A DNA stretch of 34,837 bases from a virus (taxonomy: Duplodnaviria; Caudoviricetes). The notes below the pieces were generated by a model, which saw nothing but the letters and a program-made list of their open reading frames with translations, did no database searches and was not told the origin of the DNA. Numbering within the stretch: position 1 is the first letter of the stretch; each line of letters starts with the position of its first letter. The stretch spans positions 1 to 34,837 of IMG/VR virus record IMGVR_UViG_3300023175_000120. One strand, given 5' to 3'. Of the stretch, positions 29,461 through 34,837 are shown in pieces. A program made the translations under genes and the position numbers.

Positions 29461-29754
29461 ATGGCAATACAATTAAACTTAACAGCAGAAAATACTAAAT
29501 TAAATGTTCCATTGAATTCAGTATATGCAAGAATATCTAGTTTAAGAGGAAACAAAACAACATTTGAGTACAATGTTCAAGTGTTTATAAATGAAACATC
29601 AGCAAATCCAGGCGAGGGTTTAAGAACCTCAAGACCAATTAGAGTTGATAGTTTTAGTTTTCCAATAACAGATATTGACAATACAAATATAATGGAATTT
29701 TGTTATAATCATTTGAAAACGCAAACTTTATACACAGAGGGAGTTGATGTGTAA
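29461..29754 (+). CDS. Small fibre-associated protein
   Basis: 97 aa, MAIQL...YARI...CYNHLKT...Y.EGVDV; follows the fibre gene, AAGGA upstream. Confidence 0.6.
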   Translation: MAIQLNLTAENTKLNVPLNSVYARISSLRGNKTTFEYNVQVFINETSANPGEGLRTSRPIRVDSFSFPITDIDNTNIMEFCYNHLKTQTLYTEGVDV

Positions 29755-30014
29755 TGACTATTCATTTAAAACATCAAAATGCAGGAGATGTAATTTTACA
29801 AACTGATGCAGATGGTAATTTACAGATAAATCCAGATAATACAAATGGAATAGGATCAGTAATTAGTTCAGGTGTATTGTATGAACACGCACACACAATT
29901 AGTTCAGCATATTCAATATCAAGTGGAAATAATGCAATGAGTGCTGGGCCTATCACGGTTGCAACAGGCGGTAGTGTTACAGTACCCACAGGCTCTGCAT
30001 GGACAGTAGTGTAA
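29754..30014 (+). CDS. Minimal fibre adaptor protein
   Basis: 86 aa; C-terminal half homologous to the C-terminus of 8552 (YE....I...Y.I....NAMSAGPIT......VT.P.GS.WT.V). Confidence 0.7.
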   Translation: MTIHLKHQNAGDVILQTDADGNLQINPDNTNGIGSVISSGVLYEHAHTISSAYSISSGNNAMSAGPITVATGGSVTVPTGSAWTVV

Positions 30015-30017
30015 TAT

Positions 30018-30025
30018 TATAAATA
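30018..30025 (+). promoter_or_regulatory. T4-type late promoter for neck/terminase genes
   Basis: Exact intergenic TATAAATA, then AAGGA and ATG 30046. Confidence 0.8.
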
Positions 30026-30045
30026 GAATTAAAAGGAAAAATTAA

Positions 30046-30858
30046 ATGGCTACTCCAAACACAAGAGATACATTTAAAGAATATTGTTTAAGAGCATTAG
30101 GGAAACCTGTAATTGAAATAAATGTAGACCCAGATCAGATAGACGATAGAATAGACGAAGCGTTACAATACTTTGCACAATATCACTATGATGGTATTGA
30201 GAGAATGTATCTTAAATATCAAATAACATCTGCTGACATTACACGAGCTCGTTCTAATAACAACTTAACTCAAGTTACTGATGTTGATAGTTCAACAACT
30301 GCAACATGGAAAGAAGCAAAGAATTATATACCTATTCCATCAGCAGTTATGTCTGTTGTAAAAGTTTTTCCTTTTACAGATAAAGGTATGCAAAACTTAT
30401 TTGATGTTAGATATCAATTAAGATTAAATGATTTATATGACTTCAGTTCGACATCTGTTTTACACTATCAGATGACAATGCAACATTTAGATTTTTTAGA
30501 CCATATTCTAGTAGGTGAAATACCAATAAGACATAATCAACATCAAAATAGATTATATCTTGACATGGACTGGCAGACAGTATCTGCTGATGAATATATT
30601 GTAATAGAATGTTATAGAAATTTAGACCCTGCTACATACACAGATGTATGGAATGATATTTTCTTAAAGAAGTATGCAACTCAATTAATTAAAAAACAAT
30701 GGGGTGCAAACTTATCTAAATTCCAAGGTGTGCAAATGTTAGGTGGTGTTGTTCTGAACGGTGAACAGATTTATACTCAAGCTCAAGAAGAATTAAATAA
30801 ACTAGAAGAACAAATGCAACTCGCATATGAGTTACCACCAATGCACATGATTGGATAA
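30046..30858 (+). CDS. gp13: Neck protein gp13
   Basis: YCLRALGKPVIEINV..DQIDDRIDEALQYF..YHYDG...KKQWGANLSKFQGVQMLGGVVLNG...YELPP...IG. Confidence 0.95.
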   Translation: MATPNTRDTFKEYCLRALGKPVIEINVDPDQIDDRIDEALQYFAQYHYDGIERMYLKYQITSADITRARSNNNLTQVTDVDSSTTATWKEAKNYIPIPSAVMSVVKVFPFTDKGMQNLFDVRYQLRLNDLYDFSSTSVLHYQMTMQHLDFLDHILVGEIPIRHNQHQNRLYLDMDWQTVSADEYIVIECYRNLDPATYTDVWNDIFLKKYATQLIKKQWGANLSKFQGVQMLGGVVLNGEQIYTQAQEELNKLEEQMQLAYELPPMHMIG

Positions 30859-30862
30859 TTAA

Positions 30863-31729
30863 ATGCCTACTAATGTATATTTCGACACAGGTACAAAACC
30901 AGAACAAGCACTCTATGAAGATTTAATCATAGAACAGCTTCGTATCTATGGGCAAGATGTTTACTATATTCCTAGAAACATGAATAGTGAAGATAAAGTA
31001 TTTGGTGAAGATGAATCATCTTCATTTGATGACGCATACCTGATTGAAATGTATATGGAAAATGTAGATGGTTATGAGGGAGAGAAAGAATTAATGTCTA
31101 AATTTGGTTTAGACATAAAAGATGATGCAACATTTGTTGTTGCAAGAAGAAGATGGGAACAATTCGTTTCAGTTGATAATAATTTAATTGTATCTTCAAG
31201 ACCAAACGAAGGTGATTTAATTTATTTTCCAAAAGCCTCAAAGATGTTTGAGATTACTTTTGTAGACCATGATGACCCATTTTACCAAGTACATAACTTA
31301 CCAACATATAAATTAAAGTGTAAGACATTTGAGTATGGTTCTGAACAGATTGATACTGGTATTGCAGAAGTTGATTCAATAGAAACTGATAATAGTTTAG
31401 ATCAACTTGCACATCAAGTAACATTAGAACAAACAACATTTACTGAAGAATTTAGATTAGAAAGTGGAGAAGGTTTACTTGTATTAGATGGAACAAATCC
31501 AATAGGTGCAGATACTGGTGATAATTTAATTACAGAAACACAAACACATAATGGTTCTTTATTATTAGAAAATCCAGTAGAAGGTGCAGACGCATCATAT
31601 ATAATATTAGAATCTTATGTTCTTGATTCGATAGATGAAAGAGCACAAAATGATTTATATTCAACATTAGATGATAATGTTTTAGATTTTTCTGAAACAA
31701 ACCCATTTGGAGATGCAGGGATAGATTGA
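30863..31729 (+). CDS. gp14: Neck protein gp14
   Basis: EQ.LYEDLIIE.LRIYGQDVYYIPR...SKFGL...RPNEGDLIYFP...FEITFV....PFYQ...LDFSETNPFG. Confidence 0.95.
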   Translation: MPTNVYFDTGTKPEQALYEDLIIEQLRIYGQDVYYIPRNMNSEDKVFGEDESSSFDDAYLIEMYMENVDGYEGEKELMSKFGLDIKDDATFVVARRRWEQFVSVDNNLIVSSRPNEGDLIYFPKASKMFEITFVDHDDPFYQVHNLPTYKLKCKTFEYGSEQIDTGIAEVDSIETDNSLDQLAHQVTLEQTTFTEEFRLESGEGLLVLDGTNPIGADTGDNLITETQTHNGSLLLENPVEGADASYIILESYVLDSIDERAQNDLYSTLDDNVLDFSETNPFGDAGID

Positions 31730-31730
31730 T

Positions 31731-32555
31731 ATGATAGGACAATATTTTTATAACGAAGCGACAAGAAATGTAGTAGTTGCATTTGGAACGCTTTTTAACA
31801 GAGTACAGATTGCAAAGAAAGATAGTTCTGGTAATGTAACACAGACTATGAAAGTTCCATTAGCATATGGGCCTAAACAAAAATGGTTATCAAGACTACA
31901 GGAAGACCCAAACTTAAATAAAAAAGTTGCAGTAACATTACCAAGATTAGGTTTTGAAATATCTGGTATTGAATATGATACTGCAAGAAAATTAAATAAA
32001 ATAATCAAAGTTAAGAAAAAAGTTGATGGTGTTGATTATGACCAATTAAAGTCAGGATTTATGCCTGTTCCTTATAATATCAATTTTGAATTATATGTAA
32101 TGGCAAAACAATCTGATGATGCACTACAAATCGTAGAACAAATACTACCATATTTTCAACCAGAATATACTGTAACAATGAGAGAAGTTCCAGAGTTAGA
32201 TATTATCAGAGATGTTCCTATTGTATTAAACAGTATCAACTATGAAGATAATTACGAGGGTGAATTTACAAGTAGAAGAGCTATAATTTATACAATGAGT
32301 TTTACTGCAAAGTATTTCCTATACGGCCCAATCACTTCTACAAATGTTATTCGTAGTGTTCAAGTTGACCAGTATACAGATATGCCAGTTAATACACCAA
32401 AAAGAGAACAGAGATATACAGTTGAACCAGACCCAACAAATGTTTCACCTGCTGTGTTTGATCCTAATGATGATGATAACTTTGGATTTAATGAAACTGC
32501 ATCATTCTTTGAAGATGCAAAAACATACAATCCAGTAACTGACGAAGATGAGTAA
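31731..32555 (+). CDS. gp15: Tail sheath stabiliser / tail completion protein gp15
   Basis: YFYNE..R..VVAFGTLFN...KVPLAYGPKQK...TLPRLGFE...DALQIVEQILPYFQP...FTAK.FLYGP. Confidence 0.95.
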   Translation: MIGQYFYNEATRNVVVAFGTLFNRVQIAKKDSSGNVTQTMKVPLAYGPKQKWLSRLQEDPNLNKKVAVTLPRLGFEISGIEYDTARKLNKIIKVKKKVDGVDYDQLKSGFMPVPYNINFELYVMAKQSDDALQIVEQILPYFQPEYTVTMREVPELDIIRDVPIVLNSINYEDNYEGEFTSRRAIIYTMSFTAKYFLYGPITSTNVIRSVQVDQYTDMPVNTPKREQRYTVEPDPTNVSPAVFDPNDDDNFGFNETASFFEDAKTYNPVTDEDE

Positions 32556-32967
32556 GTCAACTGAAGTCCTAGACGGAGTATTAGGTATAACTGATGTTGT
32601 AGATAATGCAATGTCTACTACTACAAAAGAAGTAGTAAAGAAACCAGTTATTGTGAAAACAAATGATGATGACATTGACAATGATTATAAGTATCAAAGA
32701 GAAAACTTTTATAATTTAGTTGAAAGAGGTCAAGACGCAATAGATGGTATTTTAGAGCTCGCAAGAGAATCTGAACACCCAAGAACATATGAGGTTGCAG
32801 GTAACTTAATAAAACAAGTTGCAGAAGTAACAGAGAAACTTGGTGATTTACAAGAGAAGATGAAAAAACTGAAAGATGTTCCTAGTAATGCACCAAAGAA
32901 TGTAACTAATGCACTTTTTGTAGGTTCTACTGCTGAATTACAAAAATTACTAAAAGGAAAGAAATAA
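32548..32967 (+). CDS. gp16: Terminase small subunit gp16
   Basis: DY.Y.RENFYNLVERGQDAIDGILELARESEHPRTYEVAG...VTNALFVGSTAELQKLLK. Confidence 0.93.
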   Translation: MSKSTEVLDGVLGITDVVDNAMSTTTKEVVKKPVIVKTNDDDIDNDYKYQRENFYNLVERGQDAIDGILELARESEHPRTYEVAGNLIKQVAEVTEKLGDLQEKMKKLKDVPSNAPKNVTNALFVGSTAELQKLLKGKK

Positions 32968-33678
32968 ATGTCAACAACCATTACAAGTACATCAATAAAT
33001 GTTAATAATGCTACTGACCCATCATCACCCTCTACTGGTGATTCATACTACAATACCACAACAAATGATTGGAAATTTTACAATGGAACTTCTTGGATAC
33101 CTTTAGAAGAAGGTGCTGTACAACAATATCCAATAGAACATCTAGGAAATTGGGAAAATAAATCACCATCACAAGGTTGGTACTGGATAAAACCGCCAGG
33201 TGCGAGTGAAGCTTTTTTCTGCGAGTATAGTGGTGGTGATTATAAGTCTACTGGTTATGGTTTTTGGAGATGGTGGAGATGTAATGATGACTATCATTCA
33301 ATTTTAAATCATCATTATAATAAAGGATATCAATGGAATGTTTTGATGGTAGAAAAAGAAAATACTGGTACATGGCAAACAGCAGGTTTTAATACCAATC
33401 AAACTTTTAATCAAAGAAATAGCACCGCCGTATCTACATCAGGTACAAGGACTGGATATAGAGTCTACTTTGGGTATGCTGGAGGTCATGGAATATATAA
33501 TACAGGTCAAAGCGTTTGTAATTGGGGTAGTTCTTCTGGTGGTTTAGGTTCAGGGTTTAATGGAAGCAATTGTGGTTCATTTCCAGATAATTTATACATG
33601 GGTACTGGTGGTGGTTCTAATACCTATGGTAGTAGAGGAGGTGTATGGTCTTTTTGGTTTAGGTGGTTAGACACATGA
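32968..33678 (+). CDS. Inserted adhesin-like protein (fibre-type N-terminus, possible fibrinogen-like head)
   Basis: DPSSPSTGDSYYNTT....KFYNGTSW fibre motif, then QGWYWIKPP....FFCEY..G; Trp/Gly/Cys-rich. Confidence 0.6.
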   Translation: MSTTITSTSINVNNATDPSSPSTGDSYYNTTTNDWKFYNGTSWIPLEEGAVQQYPIEHLGNWENKSPSQGWYWIKPPGASEAFFCEYSGGDYKSTGYGFWRWWRCNDDYHSILNHHYNKGYQWNVLMVEKENTGTWQTAGFNTNQTFNQRNSTAVSTSGTRTGYRVYFGYAGGHGIYNTGQSVCNWGSSSGGLGSGFNGSNCGSFPDNLYMGTGGGSNTYGSRGGVWSFWFRWLDT

Positions 33679-33980
33679 GTTATATTTGGCAAAATCCTAA
33701 TTTTGCACGACCACATAAGTATGATGATTATATTGATTGGTTAAATGCAGAAGATCGTACGGCATATTTAGCCGCTAAAGAAGCTACTATGGATGCAGAT
33801 TATTTTATTCTATGGAAACAAGATTTAGTAAAACAATGTCAATTGAAAAGATTTGAAGAATACCCATCTATAGAAGAACAAATGGAAATGCAGTTTAATG
33901 ATAAAGTAAATTCTACTACTACATGGGATAATGCAATTAATATGGTTAAAACTAATAACCCAAAACCAATTATTGATTAA
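33675..33980 (+). CDS. Fibre-associated chaperone-like protein
   Basis: ATGA-coupled start at 33675; R..EYPSIEEQMEM.F...I..VK..NPK is homologous to 12859. Confidence 0.7.
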   Translation: MSYIWQNPNFARPHKYDDYIDWLNAEDRTAYLAAKEATMDADYFILWKQDLVKQCQLKRFEEYPSIEEQMEMQFNDKVNSTTTWDNAINMVKTNNPKPIID

Positions 33981-33992
33981 AATGAATATATT

Positions 33993-34837
33993 ATGCAAAA
34001 TATTGACCATTATCTCGGTAATCCCCTACTAAAGAAAGCAAATGTTTCTGTCGAATGGACAGAAGAACAAATTGTTGAATTTAAAAAGTGTATGGAAAAT
34101 CCTTTACACTTTATTGAAAATTACATAAAGATTGTATCACTAGACCACGGTTTAGTTCCATTTGATATGTTTCAATTTCAAAAAGAAATGGTTGATACAA
34201 TTCACAACAATCGTTTCACAATCTGCAAACTACCTCGACAGTCAGGTAAATCTACAACATTAGTATCTTACATATTACATTATGTTGTTTTCAATGCAAA
34301 CATGAATGTAGCGATACTTGCAAACAAAGCCTCTACTGCAAGAGATATTCTTTCTCGATTACAACTTGCATATGAAAATTTACCAAAATGGTTACAACAA
34401 GGTGTAATGTCATGGAATAAAGGTTCATTAGAATTAGAAAATGGTTCTAGGGTAGTTGCATCATCTACATCATCAAGTGCAGTTCGTGGTGGTTCATACA
34501 ACATGATATTTTTAGATGAGTTCGCATTTGTTCCTAATAATGTTGCAGAAGATTTCTTTTCATCTGTATATCCTACAATATCATCTGGTAAATCTACAAA
34601 AGTTATTATTGTATCAACACCTAATGGTATGAATCTGTATTACAAACTATGGACTGATGCAGAAAACAAAAGAAACTCTTATAACATTATTGATGTACAT
34701 TGGAGTGAAGTGCCAGGCAGAGATGAGAAGTGGAAACAAGAAACTATTGCAAATACATCTGAAGAACAATTCAAAAGAGAGTTTGAATGTGAGTTTTTAG
34801 GTCTACAAACACATTAGTTGCACCACACAAGATTAAA
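33993..34837 (+). CDS. gp17: Terminase large subunit gp17, ATPase domain; frame break near 34802, 3' truncated
   Basis: YLGNPLLK, Walker A PRQSGKST, Walker B IFLDEFAF, STPNG, F.REFECEFLG. In-frame TAG at 34815-34817, but the -1 frame continues STNTLVAPHKIK to the window end. Confidence 0.93.

Noticed and set aside
32968-33678. Homing endonuclease or intron between gp16 and gp17
   Set aside because: No GIY-YIG, HNH or LAGLIDADG motif; the sequence has fibre-like motifs and a fibre-partner gene.
558-34504. Minus-strand and nested short ORFs in the ORF track
   Set aside because: They lie inside long, well-supported plus-strand genes and have shadow-frame composition with no recognisable motifs.
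1-34837. CRISPR array, tRNA/rRNA, or stop-codon reassignment
   Set aside because: No regularly spaced repeats; intergenic gaps are under ~100 nt; genes are full length under the standard code and end at TAA, TGA or TAG.

Overview
AT-rich, all plus-strand late structural region of a T4-like myophage, most similar in gene content to marine T4-like phages (host not determinable from the window). Order: 3' end of baseplate wedge gp8; a 2105-aa VrlC-like virion protein; a ~23 kb block of modular fibre/adhesin genes with small chaperone-like partners, lying where T4 has gp9-gp12/wac; neck gp13 and gp14; gp15; small terminase gp16; an inserted adhesin+chaperone pair; large terminase gp17, whose frame shifts by -1 just before the window end. 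T4 late promoters (TATAAATA) punctuate the block. Two signals stand out. (1) Conditional avoidance of restriction-type pentamers: every CCWGG and GGNCC found, and nearly every GCNGC, overlaps GGC/GCC (or AGCT), suggesting a sequence-specific DNA modification that shields those sites. (2) Recurring C-terminal/N-terminal motif pairs between adjacent fibre genes, suggesting a plug-and-socket, multi-tip fibre system. Counts were made by eye and product calls rest on motif recognition, not database searches.
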